Made by a program: the position numbers and the translations under genes. From assembly GCA_965204735.1 (NCBI GenBank), contig OZ242008.1:2496001-2560000 (forward strand): a stretch of 64,000 bases of DNA. Reading direction: 5' to 3'. Shown here one piece after another: positions 38,174-47,959 of the stretch. Numbering within the stretch: position 1 is the stretch's first letter; every line of letters starts with the position of its first letter. The stretch is from Longimicrobiales bacterium (GTDB taxonomy: Bacteria; Gemmatimonadota; Gemmatimonadetes; Longimicrobiales; Gaopeijiaceae). The notes beneath the pieces were generated by a model. It saw nothing but the letters and a program-made list of their open reading frames with translations. It ran no database searches and was not told the DNA's origin.

Positions 38174-38787
38174 GGCCGGCCGTCGCCGTTGGCTGCGAAG
38201 GCGCTGAGGGCCGACACCGCCCCGCCGGCATCAACGTAGACCAGGCGGCGCTCCGCCAGCCCGTGCATGCGACGCGCGCCCTCGGAACCAAGAGCCGTCG
38301 CCGCGTCTCCAGGCCCCATCCGCCTGCGCCGCTCGAGCGTCCCCCACGCCTCCCGCTCGCCGGGCGAGGCGCGGCCCAGAAGCCGGAAGCGCCCGTTTCC
38401 CACGTCGCAGACCGCCGCAAGTCCCTGGCGCCCGAGCACCTCCTTCAGGGCGTGGCGGTGCGCTTCGGCGACCGCGCGGAAGAGGAAGAAGGCGTTGCGG
38501 GGCCGATTCGGGCCGAGGTAGCGGAGCAGCAGCTTGGCCACCACTTCGTCGGCGCAGCTGAAGTCCATCACGTGCACGCGCGTGAAGTCCACCAGCGAGA
38601 CCAGCGCCGCCGAAGCGGAGGAGCGGACGGGCGAGCCGGCGGCGGGCTCGACCGGGGGGGCCGCCAAGCGTCCCTCGATCGCCTTGCGCACCGCCCTTCC
38701 CGTGGGCCTGGTGACCAGGTGCGGGCGACCCGACGCGGGCGCGCTCCGGGCGAGAGCGCAGACGTCGATGCGGATGGGGCTGATCAT
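38170..38787 (-). CDS. STAS-like (DUF4325-like) protein with probable C-terminal winged-helix
   Basis: LVTRPTGRAVR..IE and DFTRVHVMDFSCADEVV resemble the STAS phospho-Ser loop; helical C-terminus ending LAERRLV. Confidence 0.55.
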   Translation of the reverse strand: MISPIRIDVCALARSAPASGRPHLVTRPTGRAVRKAIEGRLAAPPVEPAAGSPVRSSASAALVSLVDFTRVHVMDFSCADEVVAKLLLRYLGPNRPRNAFFLFRAVAEAHRHALKEVLGRQGLAAVCDVGNGRFRLLGRASPGEREAWGTLERRRRMGPGDAATALGSEGARRMHGLAERRLVYVDAGGAVSALSAFAANGDGRP

Positions 38788-39686
38788 GCCGTCCGATCGT
38801 CGGTTCGGTGCTCGGGAAGGACGATGTTGATCTGGGCGCCCGGAAACGGCGCGAGCCCTTCCTGCAGCGGGGGGGCGCTGCTCCACGAGGGCGAGTCGGC
38901 GATCCGCGCGGTTCCGCTGCGCACCGAGAAGAGGCCGTCCCAGCGGCCCACCTGCTTGCGGATCTGCTGGATCCCCTGCCCCCGTCCCATGTCCGGGAAG
39001 CGGGTCAGTCCCATGAGGAAGGCGGCTTCCAAGGCGGTGGCGTCGTTCCATCGGTCGCCGAAGCGCTCCGAGTGCTCGTCGTGCAGCGACGCCCGGAACC
39101 CCCGTCCCAAGTCCGACACCGCGATGACGACCACGCGGCGTCCCAAGCGCTTCGTCCAGTTGTAGCTCTGGGCGGCGACCCACCCCGGCGCTTCGGCGTG
39201 CTCCACGATGTTCTGGCACACCTCCGACAGCATGACCGAGAACTGGACCACAGCCGACCGGGGGTAGCCCAGCGTGCGGGACAGGATCGCCCCCGCGCGG
39301 GCCTGGACTCGGTCCACGACCGTGTGCACGTCGCCGTGAGAGGCGACCGGCGTGACCTCCAGGAGCACGGGGGACTCGCTGCGCGGCGCCCGCTGGGGGC
39401 CGGGCAGCGGCGGGGCGAACACTTCTGCGGCGGCCCGAAAGAAGCCCATCCGGTCGAGGTAGCTGGCCGTCTTCGAGTCGGTCGGCGGCGAGAGCTTCGG
39501 CGGGCTGCCGCCGCTCTCCCGGACCGCCCTGCCGGCGGAGAGGAGCGCCGCGATGCCGTTGGGATCGGTCCAGTGGAGCCGGCGCGCGTCGAAGAGGACC
39601 GGACCCGGCTCGTCCAGGGGCGCGCTCTTGTAGATGGTCTCGACGTTGCGGTAGTCGAGGGAGGCGGGCACCTCTACCACGCGCAT
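38784..39686 (-). CDS. STAS-like N-terminal domain fused to a GHKL (HATPase_c) anti-sigma-type kinase
   Basis: FDARRLHWTDPNG, SYLDRMGF; N box EVCQNIVEHA, G1 SDLGRGF, G2 GRGQGI. Confidence 0.75.
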   Translation of the reverse strand: MRVVEVPASLDYRNVETIYKSAPLDEPGPVLFDARRLHWTDPNGIAALLSAGRAVRESGGSPPKLSPPTDSKTASYLDRMGFFRAAAEVFAPPLPGPQRAPRSESPVLLEVTPVASHGDVHTVVDRVQARAGAILSRTLGYPRSAVVQFSVMLSEVCQNIVEHAEAPGWVAAQSYNWTKRLGRRVVVIAVSDLGRGFRASLHDEHSERFGDRWNDATALEAAFLMGLTRFPDMGRGQGIQQIRKQVGRWDGLFSVRSGTARIADSPSWSSAPPLQEGLAPFPGAQINIVLPEHRTDDRTA

Positions 39687-39875
39687 GTCAGGCCGGCGGG
39701 CACGCGGAGCGATCGGGAGAAGGTTCGAATTCGGATTCGTTCATCTGACCGGAGAAGCGGGAGCGGCCCACGTCCGTGCGCGACCGAACCCATGTCCGTT
39801 CGCGACCGAAGATAACGCGGTGCGCGGCCTCCGTCTTCCTCGGCGCGCCCGGCAGGGAGAAAGTTCGGCGGCGAT

Positions 39876-40889
39876 TCAGCCGACTCCGGCTCGGCGACGG
39901 GCGTGCTCGCCGCACGCTCGCTCGCGCCTGAAGAGCTCGGCGGCGCCCACTGCACCGGCGGTCTCCGGGAGCGCCCCGGCAACGATGCGGCATGCCGCGG
40001 CGGCCGACGCGAAGGCTCGGCGACGAACTTCCCGGCGCAGGGGAGCCAGGAGCGCTTCCCCCGCCTTCGCCACGCCTCCTGCCAGCACCACCACGTCCGG
40101 ATTGAGCACGTGCACCAAGTTGGCCACCGCCACGCCGAGGATCGTGCCCGTCTCCGACACGATCCGGGCGGCGCGGGGGTCGCCGACGGCTGCGGCGCGG
40201 CACACCGCTTCCGCCGAGACGGGCTCGGAACCCTCCAGGCGGAAACCGGCCTCGACCGCGCGGGCGGCGATCGCGGAGCCCGACGCGTACGCCTCGACGC
40301 AGCCCCGGGCGCCGCAGCCGCAGAGCCGCCCGTTCATCTCGACGCAGGTGTGGCCGACCTCGCCCGCGGCGCCCGAGGCGCCGTGGTGGACTCGACCGCC
40401 CAGGACGATGCCGCCGCCGATCCCGGTGCCCAGGGTCAGGCACGCCAAGCAGCGGGCGCCCTGCCCCGCCCCCCGGCACCACTCGCCGTAGGCGGCGCAG
40501 TCGGCGTCGTTGTGCAGGGTCGCGGGCACGCCGACGGCCTCGACCAGCAGGTCCCGGAGCGGGACGCACCGCCAACCCAGGTTGGGCGTCTCGAGCACGG
40601 TCCCCGAGTCCAGGTCCAAGGGTCCGGGCGAGCCCGCGCCGATCCCGGCCACGTCGTCGGGAAAGCGGGCGCCCGCCTTCGCAGCCAGCTCCCGGACCAT
40701 TCGGGCGATCCGCCGCGCCACCGCCGCGGGTCCCTCGCGGGGCCGGGTGGGCTCGGTCCGCACTCCAGCCGGTCGCCCGCCGTCGAAGGGGACGAGCCCC
40801 ACCACCAAGTTGGTGCCGCCGATGTCCGCGCCGGCGATCCAGCGCGGGCGGTGGCGGCCGGCGTCGGGGACAGGAACCGCGCGCGTCAA
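39876..40889 (-). CDS. ROK-family sugar kinase (glucokinase-like)
   Basis: [33 protein letters not shown]; no N-terminal HTH. Confidence 0.92.
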   Translation of the reverse strand: MTRAVPVPDAGRHRPRWIAGADIGGTNLVVGLVPFDGGRPAGVRTEPTRPREGPAAVARRIARMVRELAAKAGARFPDDVAGIGAGSPGPLDLDSGTVLETPNLGWRCVPLRDLLVEAVGVPATLHNDADCAAYGEWCRGAGQGARCLACLTLGTGIGGGIVLGGRVHHGASGAAGEVGHTCVEMNGRLCGCGARGCVEAYASGSAIAARAVEAGFRLEGSEPVSAEAVCRAAAVGDPRAARIVSETGTILGVAVANLVHVLNPDVVVLAGGVAKAGEALLAPLRREVRRRAFASAAAACRIVAGALPETAGAVGAAELFRRERACGEHARRRAGVG

Positions 40890-42694
40890 GCGCGCTCGTC
40901 GTCCAGCCGGAGCACCGCCATGAACGCCTCCTGGGGAATCTCGACGGAGCCGACCTGCTTCATGCGCTTCTTCCCCTCCTTCTGGCGCTCCAGAAGCTTG
41001 CGCTTGCGGGTGATGTCGCCGCCGTAGCACTTGGCGGTCACGTTCTTGCGCATCGCCCTGACCGTCTCGCGGGCAATGACTTGATTGCCGACGGCCGCCT
41101 GCAGGGCCACCTCGAACTGCTGCCGAGGGATCAGCGCCTTCAGCTTGCGCACCAGGGCGCGACCGTGGCGGTAGGCGTTCTCTCGGTGGATGATCACCGA
41201 GAAGGCGTCCACGGCTTCCCGGTTCACCATCACGTCCAGCTTGATCAAGTCGCCGGGTCGGTACTCCAGGAACTCGTAGTCCAGGGCCGCGTAGCCTCGG
41301 GTTCCGCTCTTCAGCCGGTCGTAGAAGTCGAGCACGATCTCCGCCAGGGGAAGCTCGAACTCCATCTCGACGCGATGGGGATCCAGGTAGCTCATCGACT
41401 TGAAGACGCCCCGCCGCTCGTGACAGAGCTTCTGCACGTTGCCGATGTAGGTCGAGGGCGCCACGATCCGCGCGCTCACGACGGGCTCGGCCACCGATTC
41501 GACCAGCGCCCGGTCCGGAAGCATCGACGGGTTCTCGACCACGACCCGGCTGCCGTCCGCCAGCGCGACTTGGTACTTCACGTTGGGCACGGTGGAAACG
41601 AGCTTCACGCCGAACTCCCGATCCAGCCGCTCCTGCACGATCTCCAGGTGCAGCAGGCCCAGAAACCCGCACCGGAAGCCGAAGCCCAGAGCCCGGGACG
41701 TCTCGGGCTCGAAGTGGAGGGCGGCGTCGTTGAGGCGAAGGCGGTGGAGGGCGTCCCGCAGCTCCTCGTAGTCGTCGGAGTCGCTGGGGTAGAGGCCGGC
41801 GAAGACCATGGGCCGCACCTCCTGGTACCCCGGGAGGAGTTCGGCGGCCCTGTCGGCGACGTCCAGGATCGTGTCGCCCGACTGCGTGTCGGAGACGGCC
41901 TTGATCGCCGCCACCACGTACCCCACCTCGCCCGGGCCCAACGAGGCGCAGGGGACCCGTCCCAGGCGCATGTGGCCCACTTCCGTGACCTCGTAGCGGG
42001 CGTCCACGGCCCCGAAGCCGATCGACATGCCCGGCCGCAGCGTGCCGTCGAAGACCCGGACGCTGGGCACGGCTCCCAGGTACTGGTCGTAGCAGGAGTC
42101 GAAGATCAGCGCCCGGAGCGGGTCGCTCGGGTCGCCGGCGGGCGGCGGGATGCGCTCCACCACCGCCTGCAGGACCGCCTCCACTCCGCTGCCTTCCTTG
42201 GCGCTCGCCTCCAGCACCGAATCCGGGTCGATCCCCATCAGGTCGGCGACTTCGTGGCGCCGGCGCTCCGACTCGGCGCCGGGAAGGTCGATCTTGTTGA
42301 CGACCGGCACGATCTCGAGCTCCGCGTCCAGGGCCAGGAAGAGGTTCGACAGCGTTTGGGCCTGGACGCCCTGCGTCGCGTCCACCACCAGGATCGCCCC
42401 CTCGCACGCCGCCAGGGAGCGGGAGACTTCGTAGGCGAAGTCCACGTGGCCGGGAGTGTCGATCAGGTTGAGGACGTACTCGCGTCCGTCGCTGGCGCGG
42501 TGGGTCATCCGGACGGCGTGGAGCTTGATCGTGATCCCGCGCTCGCGCTCCAGCTCGTTGGAGTCCAGCACCTGCTGCCGCATCTGACGGCTGTCGAGCG
42601 TCGCGGTGGCCTCCAAGAGGCGGTCCGCCAGCGTGGACTTGCCGTGGTCGATGTGGGCCACGATGCAGAAGTTGCGGATGCGGTCGGTTCGCAC
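40886..42694 (-). CDS. lepA: Elongation factor 4
   Basis: [48 protein letters not shown]. Confidence 0.98.
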   Translation of the reverse strand: MRTDRIRNFCIVAHIDHGKSTLADRLLEATATLDSRQMRQQVLDSNELERERGITIKLHAVRMTHRASDGREYVLNLIDTPGHVDFAYEVSRSLAACEGAILVVDATQGVQAQTLSNLFLALDAELEIVPVVNKIDLPGAESERRRHEVADLMGIDPDSVLEASAKEGSGVEAVLQAVVERIPPPAGDPSDPLRALIFDSCYDQYLGAVPSVRVFDGTLRPGMSIGFGAVDARYEVTEVGHMRLGRVPCASLGPGEVGYVVAAIKAVSDTQSGDTILDVADRAAELLPGYQEVRPMVFAGLYPSDSDDYEELRDALHRLRLNDAALHFEPETSRALGFGFRCGFLGLLHLEIVQERLDREFGVKLVSTVPNVKYQVALADGSRVVVENPSMLPDRALVESVAEPVVSARIVAPSTYIGNVQKLCHERRGVFKSMSYLDPHRVEMEFELPLAEIVLDFYDRLKSGTRGYAALDYEFLEYRPGDLIKLDVMVNREAVDAFSVIIHRENAYRHGRALVRKLKALIPRQQFEVALQAAVGNQVIARETVRAMRKNVTAKCYGGDITRKRKLLERQKEGKKRMKQVGSVEIPQEAFMAVLRLDDERA

Positions 42695-42803
42695 GGCGGG
42701 CAACGAGGGGCCGGAGGCGGCAGCAAGGAGACGGAGAGGGCGCCCTGCGGACGGCAGGGCGAGACCGGCGGCGGGGGCGAACGTTGGCGGCAGGGGCAAG
42801 GCG

Positions 42804-42832
42804 TTGACAGCCGCAAGCTTCTGGACAATAAT
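42804..42832 (+). promoter_or_regulatory. Sigma70-type promoter for the TonB-dependent receptor
   Basis: TTGACA-N17-AATAAT in an AT-enriched divergent intergenic region. Confidence 0.65.
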
Positions 42833-42975
42833 CTCTTATGCGGAATCTTCCACATCGTCGCGCTGCCGCCGAGCCGCACGCTACTCCATATCGTTCGTTG
42901 CCGCAGGCAGTCGCCACTTGCCCTTCCGCGGGCACCCCACCCCAAGCAGTTCCGCCGGACCGCAGGAGACCATCC

Positions 42976-45900
42976 ATGACCAAGCTCCCCGCAACGCTCG
43001 GGCTTCGCCCCCGATTCGGCTGCGTCGCTGCCGCTTTCCTCGCTGCCGCCGTCGCCGCCGCTCCGCTGCAAGCACAGAACGCCACCGTCGTGGGCGTGGT
43101 GACGGACGCGGGCACAGGCCAGCCGCTGGCGGCGGCCCAAGTCTACATCCCCGCCATGAGCATCGGCGTGACGTCCCGAGACGGGGGCCGCTTCGTCCTG
43201 CCGGGCGTCCCGGCCGGCGCCCACGAGCTTCAGGTCGACCTCATCGGCTACGTGAGCGTGGTGCGCACGATCGAGGTTGCGGACGGGCAGACCCTGACCC
43301 TCGACCTGCAGCTTCACTCGACGGCGCTGGAGCTGGTCGAGATCGTCGTGACCGGGACCGCCTTCGAGGAGTCCCCCGTCACGCTCCCCTACTCGGTCTC
43401 CGTGTCGGGGCGTCGCACGCTGGCCGAGCAAGGGTCGCCGCAAGCCACCGACTTCTTCAAGAACCTGGGGGCCAGCCACGGGACTCTGGGCGAGCGCCAG
43501 GGCTGGTACAACACCAAGCAGGCCGGCTCCATGCCCGAGACCGTGGCGAACGTCAACCTGCGCGGGCTGGGTTCCTCCCGCACGCTCGTGCTCCTCAACG
43601 GGCGGCGCCAGACGTACATTCCGGTGCGCCAGTACGGCGGCCGGTTCGTGGACGTGAACGCCTTTCCGTCGATCGCCGTCGACCGGATCGAGGTGCTCAA
43701 GGAGGGCGCGTCGGCGGTGTACGGCTCCGACGCCGTGGCCGGGGTCGCCAACTTCCTGACCCGAGGCGACTTCGAGGGCTTCGAAGTCGAGGCGGCCCAC
43801 GAGTACTTCGCGGCTTCCGGCAACACCAACGCGGGCGCGATCTGGGGCGCTCCCGTCGGCGAGAGCTCCCACGCCGTGGTCTCGGCCGAGGTGCTGGTCA
43901 GCCAAGCCCTCAACGTGCGGGACAGGGACTGGGCGCTTCGAGAGTTCATCGCTGGCGCGGGCTCCTGGTCCTACACCGGCAACCCCGGCGCGTTCATCGT
44001 TCCGCAACTTACGGGTGACGAGTCGGGCGAAGAGTTCTCGGCAGCCCTGGTGGGCGCCCATTTCGGCGGCGAGGGCGGCGTCTTCGTGGACCCGGCGTGC
44101 CAGCAGTTCGGCGGCCACGTCGAGAACGAGACTTGCCGCTTCCGCTACCAGCCCTGGGACGACTTGCAGCAGGCGACTCGCCACGTGCGGGCGTTCGCCG
44201 AACTCAACGGCGAGTGGGGCGACGAGGGCAGCTATCACGTGGAGGGGCTCTTCGCCCTTGCGGCGCAGCCCGAGTGGCTGACCACTCCTTCCTATCCGCC
44301 GATCTACCAGTACACCGACGCTTGGCGGGTCGCCCCCGATCACCCGGGCCGCGTGGACGCCTGCAACAACCCCGACTGGCGCAGCAAGGGCGGCTTCGCC
44401 TCTCCGTCGGATTGCCTGGCGAACGACTGGTACTACTACGGCCGCTTGGTGGGGAACAGCGGTCCCGGCCGCATCTTGTCCCGGCAGTCGACTACGCAGC
44501 GCCTGGCCGCGTCGATGGAGCGGGTGGTGGGAGAGCTGGGCGGCGAGGACCTGACGCTGGACGTGGGCGCAAGCTTCTCCCGCGCCTCGGGCAACGTGAA
44601 CATCCCGTCCGAGTACGCCTACCGGAAGTTCCTGGCGTTTCGCGGCTTCGGCGGTCCCGGCTGCGGCGTGAACGTGGTGGTCGATCCGTCCAGCCCCTCG
44701 GGGATGGCCTTGGGACCCCTCGGCGGGGCGGTCGCCGGGCAGGGCGCCTGCATGTACTACAACCCCTTCAGCAACGCGCTTCAGCACTCGGCCCAGCCCG
44801 GCGCGACCTACGAGGGCCAAGCCAATCCGGGCTACAACGCGAGTCTGGCCAACTCGCCGGAGCTCCTGGACTGGATCAACGACGAGGTGGACCTGGAAGG
44901 CGCGGCCAACCTGCTGGTGGGCGACGTGCTGATGAAGGGGACTCTCGCCGAAGGCACGGCGAACTTCGCCGCCGGCTACCAGTTCCGTCGGTTCGCCGTG
45001 ACCGGGACGCCCAACGCCGCCGGCAACCTCGACGTGAACCCGTGTCCGGTGCTGGGCGACAAGAGCTGCGTGGACAAGGCCGGCGCCTTCACCTTCACCA
45101 ACGGCTTCTACCCGTACGACGCTTCGCAGACGGTGCACCGCTTCTTCCTCGAGGTGCCGATGACGTTCGGCGACCGGTTCAGCGCCCAGGCCGCCGCCAA
45201 CTACGAGTTCCACAGCAGCGCCAGCAGCTTCGACCCTCGGCTGGCCATGCGCTTTCAGATCGCCGATCCGCTGGCGTTGCGCGTGTCCGTCCAGACCACC
45301 TTCCGCACGCCGTCGGTGGACGATGTGCACCCGCAGCAGAACACGGCTTCGGCGTACGTGTCCCAGGTCGGGACGTACAAGGCGACCGACACCTACGGCA
45401 ACCCGGACCTCAAGCCGGAACAGGCGTTCACCTACAACGCGGGGCTCAGCTTGCAGCTGCCGCGCATGAGGGCGTCGGTGGACTACTGGGCCTACGACTT
45501 CCGCGACATGATCGAGATCCTCCCGTACAACTCCATAGCCAGCGCGTACGACTCGGGGGGATTGGCGCGGGAGATCGTCCAGCACCTGATCACCTGCCCG
45601 GGCAACCGTCGAGACGGTTCGTGCGACGGCCGCAACATCGAGCGGATCCGACTCGACATGGCCAACTGGCCGGGGATCACCACGTCGGGACTCGACTGGC
45701 ACGCCAGCGCCCGCATGCCGGCCGGCGAAGGGATCGTGTCTCTGGGCATGGACGGGACCTACACTCGCAGCTACGACGTGAGGGAGCTCTCCCTTGCCAG
45801 TCCCGACCAACCCAGCTTGTCCGTCGGGTTGCTGGACGCCCAGTCGGCGGTGGGCCAGCTCAACTGGGGCAGCCCAATCGCTCCCCCGCTGCCCCGCTGG

Positions 45901-46206
45901 AAGATGCGCTTCTCCCTGGGCGTTCATCAGGGCGACTACAGCTTGGTCAACTACATGAACACGGTCGCGTCCTACGTGAACGACGCGTTCGTCGGCTCCC
46001 AGTACGAGAACGTGGACCGCTGGCTCACCTGGGACCTGAGCCTGCTGCGGCGCTCCACGGGCAGCTTCGACGTGGCCCTCTCCGCCGTGAACCTTCTGGA
46101 CGCGGACCCCCCCTTCGTCGCCTGGGAGCAGAACTACGACGGCTTCACCCACAGCGCCCGCGGCCGGCGGGTCAAGCTGTCGGCGACTTGGAGATCGGGC
46201 CGATAG
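42976..46206 (+). CDS. TonB-dependent receptor with N-terminal carboxypeptidase-regulatory-like domain
   Basis: AGGAG RBS, signal peptide, EIVVTG, NLRGLGSSRTLVLLNGRR, IEVLKEGASAVYGSDAVAGVANF, GNPDLKPE. Confidence 0.92.
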   Translation: MTKLPATLGLRPRFGCVAAAFLAAAVAAAPLQAQNATVVGVVTDAGTGQPLAAAQVYIPAMSIGVTSRDGGRFVLPGVPAGAHELQVDLIGYVSVVRTIEVADGQTLTLDLQLHSTALELVEIVVTGTAFEESPVTLPYSVSVSGRRTLAEQGSPQATDFFKNLGASHGTLGERQGWYNTKQAGSMPETVANVNLRGLGSSRTLVLLNGRRQTYIPVRQYGGRFVDVNAFPSIAVDRIEVLKEGASAVYGSDAVAGVANFLTRGDFEGFEVEAAHEYFAASGNTNAGAIWGAPVGESSHAVVSAEVLVSQALNVRDRDWALREFIAGAGSWSYTGNPGAFIVPQLTGDESGEEFSAALVGAHFGGEGGVFVDPACQQFGGHVENETCRFRYQPWDDLQQATRHVRAFAELNGEWGDEGSYHVEGLFALAAQPEWLTTPSYPPIYQYTDAWRVAPDHPGRVDACNNPDWRSKGGFASPSDCLANDWYYYGRLVGNSGPGRILSRQSTTQRLAASMERVVGELGGEDLTLDVGASFSRASGNVNIPSEYAYRKFLAFRGFGGPGCGVNVVVDPSSPSGMALGPLGGAVAGQGACMYYNPFSNALQHSAQPGATYEGQANPGYNASLANSPELLDWINDEVDLEGAANLLVGDVLMKGTLAEGTANFAAGYQFRRFAVTGTPNAAGNLDVNPCPVLGDKSCVDKAGAFTFTNGFYPYDASQTVHRFFLEVPMTFGDRFSAQAAANYEFHSSASSFDPRLAMRFQIADPLALRVSVQTTFRTPSVDDVHPQQNTASAYVSQVGTYKATDTYGNPDLKPEQAFTYNAGLSLQLPRMRASVDYWAYDFRDMIEILPYNSIASAYDSGGLAREIVQHLITCPGNRRDGSCDGRNIERIRLDMANWPGITTSGLDWHASARMPAGEGIVSLGMDGTYTRSYDVRELSLASPDQPSLSVGLLDAQSAVGQLNWGSPIAPPLPRWKMRFSLGVHQGDYSLVNYMNTVASYVNDAFVGSQYENVDRWLTWDLSLLRRSTGSFDVALSAVNLLDADPPFVAWEQNYDGFTHSARGRRVKLSATWRSGR

Positions 46207-46235
46207 GCCGACAGCCCGACGGACGGACTCCGGAC

Positions 46236-47033
46236 GTGACCGAACTCTACGGCGACTGGCCGAAGATCAAGGCGCGGGTGGACGGCGAGGCCAAAGGGGC
46301 CCCGCTGTTGCGGGAGCTGTACGCCGAACTTCAGCGCCGCAAGGCCGGCTTCGAGGGCACTTTTCTGGCCGTGTTCCGCGAGATGACCGGCTACCCGGAA
46401 AGCGAGAAACTCACGGGAACAGGCCGCAAACTCAACAACTCGTTTTGGGGCCTCAAGACTGAATTGCTGCGGGCCGGCAAGTTGACGATCGTTGGCAAGC
46501 AGTCGGGCGTCACCGTCTACCGGATAAGCGCGGAAGACGGCCCGCCCACGGGCACGTGGCAGCGACCACAGACATGGCGCGACAACGCGATGGAAGCGAT
46601 TCGCGAGCTGACGCCGAGTCAGTTCGAGCACTTGGTCGCGGCGTGGGCGAAGGGACTCACGGGTGCCAAGCCCAAGGTGACACCACCGCGCGGTGACGGC
46701 GGTTTCGATGTGGTGGTAAGCTTCCCGTTGGTCGACAGCAAGGTGCGCATCGAAGCGAAGCTTTGGAACACGGCAAAGGTTGGATCGCCGGAGGTCGCTA
46801 GACTTAGGGGTGCGTTGAAGTCGCGCCGGGGCGACAAGGGCATCTTGATCGCGCCCGGAGGGTTCACCAAGGCGGCGGTGGCCGAGGCGGAGGCGGAAGG
46901 CAAGGCACCGATCAGGTTGGTGGACAGGAACGAGCTACTGGACGACATGAAGAAATACAAGCTGGGGCTGAAGGTTGAGATGGTAGAACAGGTTACGGTC
47001 GATCGGGACTGGTTCCGAAGCCTCGGGAAGTAG
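46236..47033 (+). CDS. Mrr-like restriction endonuclease
   Basis: LTPSQFEHLVA, GDGGFD, IEAKLW, VGSPEV, FTKAA, IRLVD; codon usage less GC-biased than its neighbours. Confidence 0.8.
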   Translation: MTELYGDWPKIKARVDGEAKGAPLLRELYAELQRRKAGFEGTFLAVFREMTGYPESEKLTGTGRKLNNSFWGLKTELLRAGKLTIVGKQSGVTVYRISAEDGPPTGTWQRPQTWRDNAMEAIRELTPSQFEHLVAAWAKGLTGAKPKVTPPRGDGGFDVVVSFPLVDSKVRIEAKLWNTAKVGSPEVARLRGALKSRRGDKGILIAPGGFTKAAVAEAEAEGKAPIRLVDRNELLDDMKKYKLGLKVEMVEQVTVDRDWFRSLGK

Positions 47034-47050
47034 GCAGCCCCTGCCGCAGC

Positions 47051-47959
47051 TCACACGAACTTCACGCCCTCCATTCCGCCCAATCGCCGGGTCATCACGT
47101 CCAGCGCTTCCGGGTTGTCGTCGACGAGGACGAAGCGCCGGCCCAGCTCGAAGGCGACCGCCCCCAGGGTTCCGCTGCCCGCAAAGGGATCAAGCAGCAT
47201 GTCGCCCGGCCGGGAGGACGCCTGCACGATGCGCCGGACGACTCCCAGGGGCTTCTGGGTGGGGTAGCCGGTGCGCTCCTTGCCGTTGGTGGGCACGATG
47301 GTGTGCCACCAAGTGTCGGTAGGAAGCTTGCCGCGGGCGGCCTTCTCGGGTCCCACCAGCCCGGGCGCCATGTAGGGGATCCGCTCGACGGCTTCCGCGT
47401 CGAAGAAGTAGCGGTCGGGATCCTTGGCATAGAAGAGGATGTTGTCGTGCTTGGCGGGCCACCGACGCTTGGGGCGACCGCCGAAGTCGTAGGCCCAGAT
47501 GATCTCGTTGACGAAGCACTCGCGGCCGAAGATGTCGTCCAGCAGGAGCTTGGCGTAGTGGACTTCGCGGTAGTCCAGGTGCAGGTAGAGGGAGCCGGTG
47601 GGCGCCAGCAGGCGGTGAGCTTCCCGCATCCGGGGCGCAAGGAAGGAGCCGTAGTCGTCGAAGGAATCGGCGAATGCGCGGGTCGTGCCCCGGACGGTCC
47701 TGTAGCGCCGGCCCCCGAACCCCGTGCGGTCGCCGGCGTCGTCGCGGACGGTCCGCAGGCGGGTTCGGGCTTGGGCGCGGCCCGTGTTGAAGGGCGGGTC
47801 CGTGTAGACCAGATCGACGGAGCCGGAGGACATCTCCCGCAGCACGGGGAGGTTGTCGCCGAAGTGGACTCGGCCCTGGACGACTCCTTGGCGGGGGCCG
47901 GCGTCGCGCTGGGGCGACCGGAGCGGCGTCGTCGGCAAGGTCGAGCGGGGCGGCGTCAT
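47051..47959 (-). CDS. Orphan N6/N4 DNA methyltransferase (beta-class order)
   Basis: GDNL, DPPF, YPTQKP, DPFAGSGT. Confidence 0.9.
   Translation of the reverse strand: MTPPRSTLPTTPLRSPQRDAGPRQGVVQGRVHFGDNLPVLREMSSGSVDLVYTDPPFNTGRAQARTRLRTVRDDAGDRTGFGGRRYRTVRGTTRAFADSFDDYGSFLAPRMREAHRLLAPTGSLYLHLDYREVHYAKLLLDDIFGRECFVNEIIWAYDFGGRPKRRWPAKHDNILFYAKDPDRYFFDAEAVERIPYMAPGLVGPEKAARGKLPTDTWWHTIVPTNGKERTGYPTQKPLGVVRRIVQASSRPGDMLLDPFAGSGTLGAVAFELGRRFVLVDDNPEALDVMTRRLGGMEGVKFV

Noticed and set aside
39715..39745. tRNA fragment (GGTTCGAAT T-loop-like)
   Set aside because: No T-stem pairing, acceptor stem or cloverleaf.
42505..46152. 1215-aa antisense ORF and many other long overlapping ORFs (e.g. 13420-15831, 56359-58944, 8557-10692)
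   Set aside because: Shadow ORFs of high-GC coding sequence, with no motifs and Arg/Pro/Gly-rich or mirror composition.
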